A stretch of 64,000 nt of DNA, taken from contig CAXXKA010000001.1 of the NCBI GenBank assembly GCA_963668625.2, positions 192,001 to 256,000 of the forward strand, in the 5' to 3' direction. The notes under the pieces are model-generated. The model did no database searches, had not been told where the DNA came from, and was given only the letters and a program-made list of their open reading frames with translations. Source of the stretch: an uncultured candidate division Zixibacteria bacterium (GTDB lineage Bacteria > Zixibacteria > MSB-5A5 > UBA10806 > 4484-95). A program made the position numbers and the translations under genes. Below are positions 18,771 through 28,433 of this stretch, one piece after another. Position 1 is the stretch's first letter, and every line of letters begins with the position of its first letter.

Positions 18771-20006
18771 ATGAGGCCAGTGATTGCGTTAATAGATATG
18801 GATGCCTTTTTAGCCTCGGTTGAGCAGGCGCTAAACCCCGATCTTCTGGGCAAGCCGGTAATAGTAGGCGGAATGCCGGGTACGCGGGGCATAGTGATAT
18901 GCGCCTCTTACGAGGCCAGGCAATTGGGTGTAAAATTCGGACTATCCCTGGCCGAGGCACATCGTAGATTGCCGCAGGCTACCTTTTTAAAAGGCGATAT
19001 CAAGATTTACCGTGATTTCTGGGCGGAGGTTTGCGACATATTCTACGACTATTCGCCGATAATCGAACCTGTTTCTATGGATGAGGCATATGTCGATCTG
19101 ACTGGTTCGTTGACCTTATTCGGTTCGCCCGCAGAATTAGCCGCAAAGATCAAACAGGCTATCTGGGATCGTTTACATATAAGGTGTTCTATAGGCGCGG
19201 GTCGGTCCAAGATGTTTGCCAAGATTGCTTGCGGGATCGCTAAACGCGCCGCCCGAGCCGGCAGGGAGGGAATCATCCTGATAGATGAGGCTGAGGAGTT
19301 ATCGGTACTCGATAAATTAACCGCCGATAAACTTCCTAATATTGGCTACAAAACCCGCGATTTATTGGCTGAATTAGGCGTTTATACGATCAAGCAATTT
19401 CGCGAGATACCATTGCCGGTGTTGATAGAGCTTTTCGGTAAACGGGGTAGGGAGTGGTTCGATAACGCCCGGGGAATCGACAAACGCGAGGTTAAGGCCT
19501 CGTTGACGCCGAAAACCATATCTCGCGAGACAACGTTCAATGCCGATTCGGTAGACCGCGAATTTCTCGAGGGCACGCTTTATTATTTGCTGGAAAGGAT
19601 TTGTTTGGAGTTGCGGCGAATGAAAATCCAGACTCGCCGAATTTCCGTAAAAATCCGCTATGTCGATTATGAGCAAAACGAACTGGCGGCCACGTTAAAG
19701 TCGTATGCCGATAGTGAGCGCGAGATATTCCAAACCGCTAAAAAACTTTTCGATGATATCTATACCCGCAAAGTCGGCATCCGTCATGTGGGAATAACCG
19801 CCACCCGGTTGGTTCCGGCTGTCAAACAATTCGGTTTTTTCGACCAGGAGAAAGATAAATACGCCGGCCTCAATGCCGGGTTGGATAAACTTCGCCGAAA
19901 CTATGGTTACCACGCCGTTTATTTCGGCAGAACCATGCCCTTAAGCGATAAATTCAGAGAGGTTACAGATGGCTACGAGTTACGTACCCCTTCGCTGTCA
20001 CTCTAA
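18771..20006 (+). CDS. dinB: Y-family DNA polymerase IV
   Basis: DMDAF, ASYEAR and SMDEAY catalytic motifs; QFGFF clamp-like motif. Confidence 0.93.
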   Translation: MRPVIALIDMDAFLASVEQALNPDLLGKPVIVGGMPGTRGIVICASYEARQLGVKFGLSLAEAHRRLPQATFLKGDIKIYRDFWAEVCDIFYDYSPIIEPVSMDEAYVDLTGSLTLFGSPAELAAKIKQAIWDRLHIRCSIGAGRSKMFAKIACGIAKRAARAGREGIILIDEAEELSVLDKLTADKLPNIGYKTRDLLAELGVYTIKQFREIPLPVLIELFGKRGREWFDNARGIDKREVKASLTPKTISRETTFNADSVDREFLEGTLYYLLERICLELRRMKIQTRRISVKIRYVDYEQNELAATLKSYADSEREIFQTAKKLFDDIYTRKVGIRHVGITATRLVPAVKQFGFFDQEKDKYAGLNAGLDKLRRNYGYHAVYFGRTMPLSDKFREVTDGYELRTPSLSL

Positions 20007-22974
20007 TTTCTCATTCCTGTACGGGGCAATCGATTTAGACCGGTTGTTGGATACGGCTGTTCAATATAACTGTAGAACGCTGGGGCTGACAGACAATGAC
20101 GGTTTATACGGCCTGGTGGAGTTTTTCAATCGCGCCAAAAAACGCGGGTTAAAACCGATTCTTGGTTGCGAGATACGAACCGAGGTCGGGCTATGCGTGT
20201 TCTTGGCCAAATCGATGGCCGGCTATGGCAATCTATCGCGGCTGTCGACTATCAGGACTCTCGAGGAGCGGATGCCGGGCTTGGATGATATCGAAAAACA
20301 CGCCGAGGGTTTGGTATTGCTCTATCTCGATACGCGTTGTCTTAATCAACTGAAAGAGATTTTTAAAGATGATTTATATCTGGGTTTGGAATCATTTACG
20401 GATTTGGAGACTCGCCTGGCCACTCGCGAACGCGCCCGCCGCGCTGCCGAACTTGATATCAAAACAGTGGCTGCTGACCCGGTATATTTTATCGAGAATA
20501 ATGATATTAAAACGCATCGCGCTCTCTCGGCTATTAAAAATCTGGTAACTATAAGTGAACTGACACCGCGAATGGTCGAGAACAATCAGGCGTTACTTTA
20601 CCCGGCTCACATGATGAAAAAACGCTATGATGAGTATCCCGGGGCTTTAAGTAACACTTTAGAGATTGCCGAAAAATGTGAACTGGAACTTCCCGTTGGC
20701 AAACTTAATTTCCCGGAGTTTTTGGGTTGCGCCCGAACCTCCAATTTCAAATTCCTTAGAGGAAAAGCCGAAAGCGGTCTTCACGAACGATACCCGAAAT
20801 TGAACGGCGAGATTTATTCACGGTTCGAGACTGAACTGGCGGTTATCGGGCAAACCGGTTTCGTTGATTATTTCCTGATTGTCGCCGAGATCGTCGAGTT
20901 CTGTAAAAAACAGGGCATACCGGTGGTGGGACGGGGCTCGGCGGCGTCCTCGGTTATATCATACGCGCTGGGGATCACCGAGGTTGATCCGGTCGAGCAG
21001 GATCTGTATTTCGCCCGTTTCCTGAACGAGGCGCGTTCCGATCCGCCCGATATCGATCTCGACCTGTGCTGGCGCAGGCGGGATGAGGTACTGGAGTTTG
21101 TCTACGAGCGCTATGGCCGGGATCGGGTGGCGATGATCTGTACTTTGAACACCTTCGCCGCTCGCGGGGCGTTTCGCGAACTGGGGAAAATTCACGGTAT
21201 GTCCGGGGATGAGATATCCGATTTCACCAAACGTCTGCCCTGGGGGCATCTCCGCGATTTGCATGAAACCCGCGAACGTTATCCCGAATGCCGTAGCCTG
21301 CCTTTGGATACCGAACCCTACAGGACGATTATCGATATGTCTTACGCTATCGAGGGCTATCCCCGTCACCTTTCCATACATTGCGGCGGTATCGTTGTCT
21401 CGCCCGGTGAACTGCTAGACCTGGTACCGCTGCAGATTTCGGCCAAGGGAATCGCCATAACCCAGTACGATATGCGCTCGATAGCCGAATTGGGGTTGGT
21501 GAAGATCGACCTGCTGGGGCAGCGCGGGCTTTCCACTATAGTGGATGGCGAAAAGTTAGCCGCGCGCAAAACCGGGCAAGCGGTAAAATACGATTTCGAT
21601 GATAAACGAACGTTCGAGCTTTTACGGCAAGGCCGTACTATCGGTGTATTCCAGATCGAATCACCCGGCCTGCGTTCGCTTCTCATAGAGATGCAGCCCA
21701 AAACCATAAACGATATCACTCTGGCGTTGGCGCTTATCCGTCCGGGGGCATCGGAATCCGGCATGAAAAAAATATTTCTGGAACGGCTTTCCGGGAAGCG
21801 GTCGGTGGAGTACCCGCATCCCAATCTCGAGCCGGTGCTGGCCGAGACTATGGGCAACATAATCTATCAGGAGCAGGTACTGCGTTGCGCCGAGGCGTTG
21901 GCCGGTTTCTCGCCCGAGCAGGCCGATTTGCTGCGCCGGTCTATCAGCAAAGGGCGAGACCGAGGGCAATTCAAATCATACGCCCGGCAATTCGTAGCCC
22001 AGGCCGTGGGCAGGGGAGTCCCGCGCGAAAGCGCCAGACAGGTATTCGAGCTTCTGAGCCAGTTCGCCGGTTATGGTTTCTGTAAGGCGCACGCGGCTAC
22101 TTACGCCATATTCAGCTATCGGGGAAGTTTCCTCAAGGCACATTTCCCGGTGGAGTACATGACCGCTATGCTCAACAATTTCGCCGGGTATTATCGGTCG
22201 TATGTTTATGCCGATGAGGCTCGCCGTTATGGAGCGAAACTGCTGCCGCCCTCTGTCGATACACCCTCGAAACTATGCACCACCGATGGTAAAAAGCTAT
22301 CTGTCGGCCTGGCCTTCGTTAAGAATTTATCTGAGGCGACTATGGATAAGATGATACAGAAGCGTGTCGAGGCTCCGTTCGATTCATTGCCGGATTTCCT
22401 GATGCGCGTGCGCCCCTCGATAAACGAGGCCGTCAGCCTTATCAGGGTGGGAGCGTTCGATTACCTGGGGCAAACTCGGCCGGCGCTGCTATGGTATTTG
22501 AAACTTCACGGTGGCAAATTGCTGAAAACCGAATCCGCCACGCCTCTTCTGGGGAGCATGTATCCGCCCGGGCCGGCTTTCGCCCCGAATCTTCCTGATT
22601 ACGATATGAACGAACGCCTGGCCGCCGAACAGGAGATACTCGAGATGGCTGTCTGTTGCCATCCAACAGAGCTGATTCATTCGGCTAACGGCCATGTGAA
22701 ATCGTGTGAACTGCAATATCATCAGGGTAAGAAAGTGAAAATCATCGGGCAGGTAGTGGATCGTAAACGGATAAAGGTGGCCGGCAACAAGCTGATGGTG
22801 TTCCTGACGATGGAGGATGCTTTCGATTACTTCGAGGCGACATTATTCCCTGAGACATACCGAAAATATGGCGAAAGCATTTACCGTAAGCCGCTTCTGG
22901 ATATTCACGGCCGGGTCGAGATGCAGCATGGAGTCGTCTCGATAGTCGTGGAGGATTTACAGCCATGTATCTGA
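19969..22974 (+). CDS. dnaE2: Error-prone DNA polymerase III alpha homolog (DnaE2-like)
   Basis: PHP HSNFSF, GRGSAA, PPDIDLD, KIDLLG, YGFCKAHA; about 1000 aa; coupled to dinB. Confidence 0.85.
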   Translation: MATSYVPLRCHSNFSFLYGAIDLDRLLDTAVQYNCRTLGLTDNDGLYGLVEFFNRAKKRGLKPILGCEIRTEVGLCVFLAKSMAGYGNLSRLSTIRTLEERMPGLDDIEKHAEGLVLLYLDTRCLNQLKEIFKDDLYLGLESFTDLETRLATRERARRAAELDIKTVAADPVYFIENNDIKTHRALSAIKNLVTISELTPRMVENNQALLYPAHMMKKRYDEYPGALSNTLEIAEKCELELPVGKLNFPEFLGCARTSNFKFLRGKAESGLHERYPKLNGEIYSRFETELAVIGQTGFVDYFLIVAEIVEFCKKQGIPVVGRGSAASSVISYALGITEVDPVEQDLYFARFLNEARSDPPDIDLDLCWRRRDEVLEFVYERYGRDRVAMICTLNTFAARGAFRELGKIHGMSGDEISDFTKRLPWGHLRDLHETRERYPECRSLPLDTEPYRTIIDMSYAIEGYPRHLSIHCGGIVVSPGELLDLVPLQISAKGIAITQYDMRSIAELGLVKIDLLGQRGLSTIVDGEKLAARKTGQAVKYDFDDKRTFELLRQGRTIGVFQIESPGLRSLLIEMQPKTINDITLALALIRPGASESGMKKIFLERLSGKRSVEYPHPNLEPVLAETMGNIIYQEQVLRCAEALAGFSPEQADLLRRSISKGRDRGQFKSYARQFVAQAVGRGVPRESARQVFELLSQFAGYGFCKAHAATYAIFSYRGSFLKAHFPVEYMTAMLNNFAGYYRSYVYADEARRYGAKLLPPSVDTPSKLCTTDGKKLSVGLAFVKNLSEATMDKMIQKRVEAPFDSLPDFLMRVRPSINEAVSLIRVGAFDYLGQTRPALLWYLKLHGGKLLKTESATPLLGSMYPPGPAFAPNLPDYDMNERLAAEQEILEMAVCCHPTELIHSANGHVKSCELQYHQGKKVKIIGQVVDRKRIKVAGNKLMVFLTMEDAFDYFEATLFPETYRKYGESIYRKPLLDIHGRVEMQHGVVSIVVEDLQPCI

Positions 22975-23047
22975 TAAACCGTAAGTATCATGGAAAACTT
23001 GCGAAACTCTATAACTTTAAACTAATACCATAAGCAAAGGAGAAACG

Positions 23048-23281
23048 ATGAACAAATTCTGTCTTTCCTGCGGAGCGCCGCTCGATATGCCTGATTTCAA
23101 AGGGCCGGCGGATGATTACTGCAAGTACTGCACTGATGAGTCGGGCAAATTGAAAGCCCGGGATGAGGTAAAACAGGGAGTCGCCGAGTGGTTCAAAGGC
23201 TGGCAGCCGGGTATCGATGATGCCAAAGCGGCCGCCCGAGCCGACCTGTATTTACGTTCGATGCCCGCCTGGGCCGAATAG
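23048..23281 (+). CDS. Small putative zinc-ribbon protein
   Basis: FCLSCGAPL...DYCKYC; AAGGAG SD. Confidence 0.8.
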   Translation: MNKFCLSCGAPLDMPDFKGPADDYCKYCTDESGKLKARDEVKQGVAEWFKGWQPGIDDAKAAARADLYLRSMPAWAE

Positions 23282-23334
23282 TACGACAATAAAATAAAAA
23301 CTCCCCGTATACTTACAACTCGATCACACGGGGG

Positions 23335-23359
23335 AAGGCCCGCTTTTATGGCGGGCTTT
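23335..23359 (+). terminator. Intrinsic terminator
   Basis: AAGGCCCGC-ttttatg-GCGGGCTTT. Confidence 0.6.
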
Positions 23360-23408
23360 CTATTTTAATTCGGTAAACTACCACCGGTTTCTAACCTCTC
23401 AAGATTAC

Positions 23409-23490
23409 GTGGCTGGCAGACATCCTCGTCTGCCGCATTCACCAATTCAAATCTACTGCTAAGGGGCACACGCGGACGTGTGCCGCCCAC
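23409..23490. repeat. Inverted pair of GTGG-type REPs (REPIN-like doublet)
   Basis: GTGG-CT-GGCAGAC-N6-GTCTGCC on +, GTGG-GC-GGCACAC-N6-GTGTGCC on -, 30-nt spacer. Confidence 0.7.
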
Positions 23491-23679
23491 AAAAAGTCTA
23501 TAAGATTAGTTGCAGCTAAGTCTAAAACACTTAATCAACGCGAATCCGAAGGCTCATATACGAATACTTCGCTTTAAGCGCGCACACCGGGTAAAAAGGT
23601 GGTTTTTAGGATCAATAAAAAACGGATGGCGTTTGTTCAACGCAATCCGCTTTGAATAGAATAAATATTCGACAACCTG

Positions 23680-24486
23680 TTATCTCAATATTGTCATCTT
23701 ACGAGTGAGATTTCCCTCCGCCGAGCGTAGCTGGTAAAAATACATTCCCGAAGGCAATTCACTGCCATCGCTGTTTAAACCGTTCCAATGAAATGTATAA
23801 TGCCCCGGTTGGGCATTGGCTATCGAGATAAGTTTTACTCTTTGCCCGAGTATATTGGATACCTCGAAGACTATCTCACCGGGTCGTGATACGAACGCGT
23901 GTATCGAGGTCGACTGGTTAAACGGATTGGGATAGTTTTGTTCGAGCGAAAAAACGTTTGGAAGCTCAGGCATATAGTCGACGCTGTTGAACTCCTCGCC
24001 GGCGTGCAATAATATCTGCTGGTCGGCGCCGACCGAGCGCGTACCCTGCAATCCGGCCCAGAATAAAGTTACCGGCCCGGTATAAGCAGTCGGGGCGGTC
24101 CAGGTAAACGTACCCGAATCTTTATAGGTCGTATTCCAGTGAACTCCCTCCAACTCGTTGGCGGTGCTGTATGTCTCCATGTTCGTGCCGGCAACTATCT
24201 GGCCGGCTATCGAGGAATCCGCATCCGCGCGGATTGAGCAGTTGAACTGGCATATCGCCGAGCCGCCGTCATGATTGACCCTGATAATATATTGCTGACC
24301 GGGAACGTAATTATCCGGGAAACCTTGCACGCTGCAATTTGCCTCGAATGAATTTTGAGCATGGCACGACTGTGCACAAGTACCGTTGGAGGCCGGGGCG
24401 CCGGAAAAACCGGTGAAACTCGGATTCGCTGCCAGGGCGCTACAAATACTTAAAACGAAAAGGATAATCATTAACTTTACTTTCAT
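23680..24486 (-). CDS. Secreted Reeler-like domain protein with T9SS-type/FlgD C-terminal sorting domain
   Basis: Signal peptide, SGAP..TCxxCH, FTWTAP, LEQNYPNPFN, LPSGMYFYQL. Confidence 0.75.
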   Translation of the reverse strand: MKVKLMIILFVLSICSALAANPSFTGFSGAPASNGTCAQSCHAQNSFEANCSVQGFPDNYVPGQQYIIRVNHDGGSAICQFNCSIRADADSSIAGQIVAGTNMETYSTANELEGVHWNTTYKDSGTFTWTAPTAYTGPVTLFWAGLQGTRSVGADQQILLHAGEEFNSVDYMPELPNVFSLEQNYPNPFNQSTSIHAFVSRPGEIVFEVSNILGQRVKLISIANAQPGHYTFHWNGLNSDGSELPSGMYFYQLRSAEGNLTRKMTILR

Positions 24487-24677
24487 AAACTCTCCAGTAG
24501 CGGTTTGTTATTATATGTTCTTTTGATGAATTATCGTCCCAAATCGTTATTTTATAAGAAGAAAAATGTTGCCGAATGCCGATATCTTTACTATAAATTA
24601 AAATAAGCAATAGCTTGAGACTGCAAAAGACATTTGTAATGTCATAAGCATGCTGGATGTAATCTTGTGAGGTAATT

Positions 24678-24998
24678 ATGCCTGCTAAAAAAGCAGCGAA
24701 GAAAACAGCTAAAAAAACCGCCAAGAAAGCGGTGAAGAAAACTACTGAGAAAACAGTGAATACGACCGCGAAGAAAACCGCCAAAGCCGGTAAGACGGTA
24801 GAGTGCGAACATTGCCGAGGTGTAGGAAAATGCACCTATGGTGATCTGTACGATCAAGGTCGTCATCAGGGAGTATTTGCTCAAAACCGCCTGACAAGCT
24901 GCAAAGCTTGCCTGGATGTCGCCGGCAAAACTCCCAATTCGAAGAAGCTGGTAACCTGCAGTTTATGCGGGGGCAGCGGCGAGGTTGATGCTAAGTAG
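24678..24998 (+). CDS. Small basic protein: histone-H1-like AKK repeats plus CxxCxGxG zinc motifs
   Basis: PAKKAAKKTAKKTAKK; CEHCRGVG, CKAC, CSLCGGSG; GAGGT SD. Confidence 0.75.
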   Translation: MPAKKAAKKTAKKTAKKAVKKTTEKTVNTTAKKTAKAGKTVECEHCRGVGKCTYGDLYDQGRHQGVFAQNRLTSCKACLDVAGKTPNSKKLVTCSLCGGSGEVDAK

Positions 24999-25131
24999 CT
25001 GCGCTCGGTTAGAATATTAGAATAACCTCGAACCAGTTATTGCTTGATATTCTTTACATTAACCTTTTATTGTATTATTGCCGATTGATATTCAAGTAAT
25101 GTTACATGGCGAGTTCGCCGGAGGTGTTTAT

Positions 25132-25776
25132 ATGCCGCTTCTATTCAAACGAACGAAAATTATTGAAAAACAAATCGATGAGTTTCTTGATGCCATCAGC
25201 CAGGGCGCTATCGTTTTCAATAGGGGCCTGAAAAATTATCTGGAAAATGACCAGGTGAAATTTCAAACAAGATTGAATACTATAAACGAGCAGGAAAAAA
25301 CCGCCGACAATCTGAGGCGCGAGGTCGAGAACGCGCTGTACTCACACTCGTTAATTCCTGAGCAGCGCGGCGATGTGCTGGGCCTTCTGGAAAACATGGA
25401 TGATGTAATTGATATGCTCAAGGAAGCCCTTACGGTATTCTCGATCGAGTCGCCCGATATTTTTCCCGAATTTCATGACGATTTCCTGGAGCTTGCCGAT
25501 TGTTCCGCCAGTGCAGTCGAATCCGTGGTGCAGGCGGTCAGGGCGTTTTTCACCGATGTCAACTCCGTAAAGAACCATCTGCATAAAGTTTACCTATACG
25601 AAAAAGAGGCGGATAAAATATCATTCACCCTGAAAAGAAAAATATTCAGCGCGAACTCCGATCTCTGTACCAAGATCCATCAAAGATACTTTGCCACCTA
25701 TGTCGATTCCATAGCCGATGTCGCCGAGGGGGCAGCCGATAGGCTTTCCATTTACACTATTAAACGAACAGTTTAA
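25132..25776 (+). CDS. DUF47/PhoU-like phosphate transport regulator
   Basis: EKTADNLRR, EKEADK, IADVAE repeats; next to a PiT gene; GGAGG SD before ATG 25132. Confidence 0.88.
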   Translation: MPLLFKRTKIIEKQIDEFLDAISQGAIVFNRGLKNYLENDQVKFQTRLNTINEQEKTADNLRREVENALYSHSLIPEQRGDVLGLLENMDDVIDMLKEALTVFSIESPDIFPEFHDDFLELADCSASAVESVVQAVRAFFTDVNSVKNHLHKVYLYEKEADKISFTLKRKIFSANSDLCTKIHQRYFATYVDSIADVAEGAADRLSIYTIKRTV

Positions 25777-25793
25777 GTTATACAGGCGGTATT

Positions 25794-26840
25794 TTGTTTA
25801 TTTTTCTACTCTCTAGTGGATTATTTTTAGGCTGGTCTTTAGGCGCTAATGATGCCGCTAATGTATTTGGCACGGCAGTCGGCAGCAAGATGCTGCGATT
25901 TAAAACCGCGGCTTATACCTGCTCGGTGTTTGTCATTCTTGGGGCGGTGATTAGCGGTGGAGGCACCTCCAGCTCAATCAATCATCTAGGTTCTATTCAT
26001 ACTTTAACCGGCTCGTTTCTGGTTGCTTTATCTGCTGCGCTTTCCGTATTCTTGATGTCGAAATTCAAGCTGCCCGTATCAACTTCTCAGGCTCTGATTG
26101 GCGCAATTATCGGTTGGAATATATTTGCCGGAATGCCGGTCAGGGCCGAACAGCTCAGCCCGTTCGTTTCCGCCTGGGTGTTTTCTCCAATACTGGCAGC
26201 AATTTGCGCGATAGTGATTTACCTGATTTTGAAAAAATCTCATGTGGGACGGGGGATACATCTGCTGCGCCTGGATGTTTACACCCGATTGGGATTCGTC
26301 TTAGTCTGTATCATGGGAGCCTACACTCTCGGCGCGAATAATATAGCTAACGTTATGGGCGTTTTTATAAGTGTTAATCCCTTTCACAGCCTTTCTATAG
26401 GGGAGGTTACGTTGTTATCCGACATACAATTACTGTGTTTGGTAGGTGGTTTGGCCATTGCCGCCGGTATTATCACATACTCGAATAAAGTCATCGAGAC
26501 CGTGGGCAAAAACATATTCAGGCTGTCGCCCGGTTCGGGACTGGTAGTGGTTCTTGCCAGCACGATCGTTTTATTTTTGTTCTCCTCGGCTAAATTGGAG
26601 ATATTCCTGGCCTCCCATGGCTTGCCCTCATTACCATTGGTGCCGCTTTCAAGTTCGCAATCAATCGTTGGCGCGATAATCGGTATCGCTATCGTTAAAG
26701 GAGCTCGAGGTATTCGGTACAGGATACTTGCCGAGATCGCGCTCGGCTGGGTGATAACCCCGATCATTGCCGGTTTGATCAGTTTGATCTCTTTATACAT
26801 AGTACAGAATGTATTCGATGTTAAACTCCTGGCTTCTTAA
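25794..26840 (+). CDS. PiT-family inorganic phosphate transporter
   Basis: GANDAAN and GANNIAN signatures, PVSTSQ. Confidence 0.92.
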   Translation: MFIFLLSSGLFLGWSLGANDAANVFGTAVGSKMLRFKTAAYTCSVFVILGAVISGGGTSSSINHLGSIHTLTGSFLVALSAALSVFLMSKFKLPVSTSQALIGAIIGWNIFAGMPVRAEQLSPFVSAWVFSPILAAICAIVIYLILKKSHVGRGIHLLRLDVYTRLGFVLVCIMGAYTLGANNIANVMGVFISVNPFHSLSIGEVTLLSDIQLLCLVGGLAIAAGIITYSNKVIETVGKNIFRLSPGSGLVVVLASTIVLFLFSSAKLEIFLASHGLPSLPLVPLSSSQSIVGAIIGIAIVKGARGIRYRILAEIALGWVITPIIAGLISLISLYIVQNVFDVKLLAS

Positions 26841-27016
26841 AATATTAATCGTTGAGCCAAATCCCCTATCTTTTTATCCCCGGTGTATAGTTTTTATTTG
26901 CCGGCACAAGTATTATCCCGCGTTTTGGAAACACTGCGTAACTTTCCTTGCTTATTGTATTTAAAGCGTGTTCGAGCATCTCCTGTCGAATTCGTTGCTA
27001 TAATCTTACACAGCGG

Positions 27017-27045
27017 TTGACTTAATACTAAAACCAAGATATGTT
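27017..27045 (+). promoter_or_regulatory. sigma70 promoter, probably giving a leaderless tilS mRNA
   Basis: TTGACT-N17-TATGTT, then 7 nt to ATG 27053; no SD. Confidence 0.55.
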
Positions 27046-27052
27046 AGTACCC

Positions 27053-28426
27053 ATGTTCAAAATTTTAGAGAAAACGCGACTGACTATACAACATTATGAT
27101 TTATTGAGGCCGAATGACAATGTCCTGATAGCCTTATCAGGAGGGCCGGATTCTGTCGCGATGTTTCATATTCTAAATCTGTTAGCCCCTGAATACGATC
27201 TGAATATCTCTGCAGTACATATCAACCATCAGCTTCGCAAGGAGGCCGATACCGATCAATTGTTCTGCAGACAACTCTGCAAGGCTTATAGATGTAAATT
27301 TCACTCGCGTAAGGTTGATATAAGTAAACTGGCTAAACGCTTGAAAATCGGAACGGAGCAGGCTGGGAGGGAATACCGTTACGGCTATTTCCGATCATTA
27401 TGTGAAAAATATGGCTATAACAAAATAGCTACCGGTCATACCGCTGATGATTCGGCTGAAACTTTCATTTTGAATCTCATCCGCGGCGCCGATTTAGGTG
27501 GGCTCAGGGGCATACCATCAAAACGCGACAATATTATCAGGCCGTTAATAGATTTCCCCAAAAATGAGTTGTTGGTCTTTTTACGGGAAAATAGACTTTC
27601 CTACAGAATCGATAAGTCGAATCAGGGACTTGATTATAATCGTAATGTGGTTCGCAATATTATTATTCCTGCTATGGCAAAGATTAATCCCGCCGTTTCG
27701 GATCATATTAACAAATCCTCCTCCAGCATTAATAAAAACTACGAATTTATCATGGCGGAAACCGAAAAAGCCTATCAAACCTGCCTTGTCAGTAAGTCTA
27801 AGCGCCAAATTGTACTTGACTTAAAGAAACTACCGGTCTATTATGAAAGTTTAGAGTGCTGGGTCCTGTTAGTAGCGTATTCTCAACTAACAGAATCATT
27901 TACGAGGCCCGGAGCGAATAAATTGGAGAGCGTTTTAAGGCTTACGAGAAATGGTTCAGTTGCTTTCCTTGGCGATGGCGTGGTGGTTTGTTATCATGAT
28001 AACAAACTAATTTTATCTAAGCCATCCAGCCCGCTTAAGCGTATAAAACTTAAGAGGAACAGCATTAATAAGTTAACTCGAACCGAATGGCGTATTAAGA
28101 CGGAGATATCGGAGAGGTACGAATTAGAGGCAATCAAAATCAACAGGGACGAAAGTATTGCCTATTTAGATGATGAACTTTTAGGCGAACTTGAGGTAAG
28201 AAGTCCTGAAAAAGGAGATAAATTCAAGCCGTTGGGATTCAGGGGGACTAAAAAGCTAGCTGATTATCTGAATGATAAAAATGTCCCTCACATAAATAAA
28301 CAATCGGTGCCTGTTATCGTATCGGATGGTAAAATCGTCTGGGTGGCCGGTTTCGGTATTTCCGATGATTGCAAAGTAACTGGAACTACTAAACGAGTTT
28401 TGAAATTACAACTTATTAACGGGTAG
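27053..28426 (+). CDS. tilS: tRNA(Ile)-lysidine synthase
   Basis: SGGPDS PP-loop, TGHTADD, IIRPL, C-terminal domain. Confidence 0.95.
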   Translation: MFKILEKTRLTIQHYDLLRPNDNVLIALSGGPDSVAMFHILNLLAPEYDLNISAVHINHQLRKEADTDQLFCRQLCKAYRCKFHSRKVDISKLAKRLKIGTEQAGREYRYGYFRSLCEKYGYNKIATGHTADDSAETFILNLIRGADLGGLRGIPSKRDNIIRPLIDFPKNELLVFLRENRLSYRIDKSNQGLDYNRNVVRNIIIPAMAKINPAVSDHINKSSSSINKNYEFIMAETEKAYQTCLVSKSKRQIVLDLKKLPVYYESLECWVLLVAYSQLTESFTRPGANKLESVLRLTRNGSVAFLGDGVVVCYHDNKLILSKPSSPLKRIKLKRNSINKLTRTEWRIKTEISERYELEAIKINRDESIAYLDDELLGELEVRSPEKGDKFKPLGFRGTKKLADYLNDKNVPHINKQSVPVIVSDGKIVWVAGFGISDDCKVTGTTKRVLKLQLING

Positions 28427-28433
28427 GCAGAGA

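Noticed and set aside
15314-22974. Idea that dinB-dnaE2 diversifies the neighbouring pilin adhesin (DGR-like)
   Set aside because: No reverse transcriptase or template/variable repeat pair; only adjacency, with separate promoters
24440-24884. Hydrophobic repetitive ORFs on the minus strand
   Set aside because: Antisense reading of the AKK repeats of the basic protein
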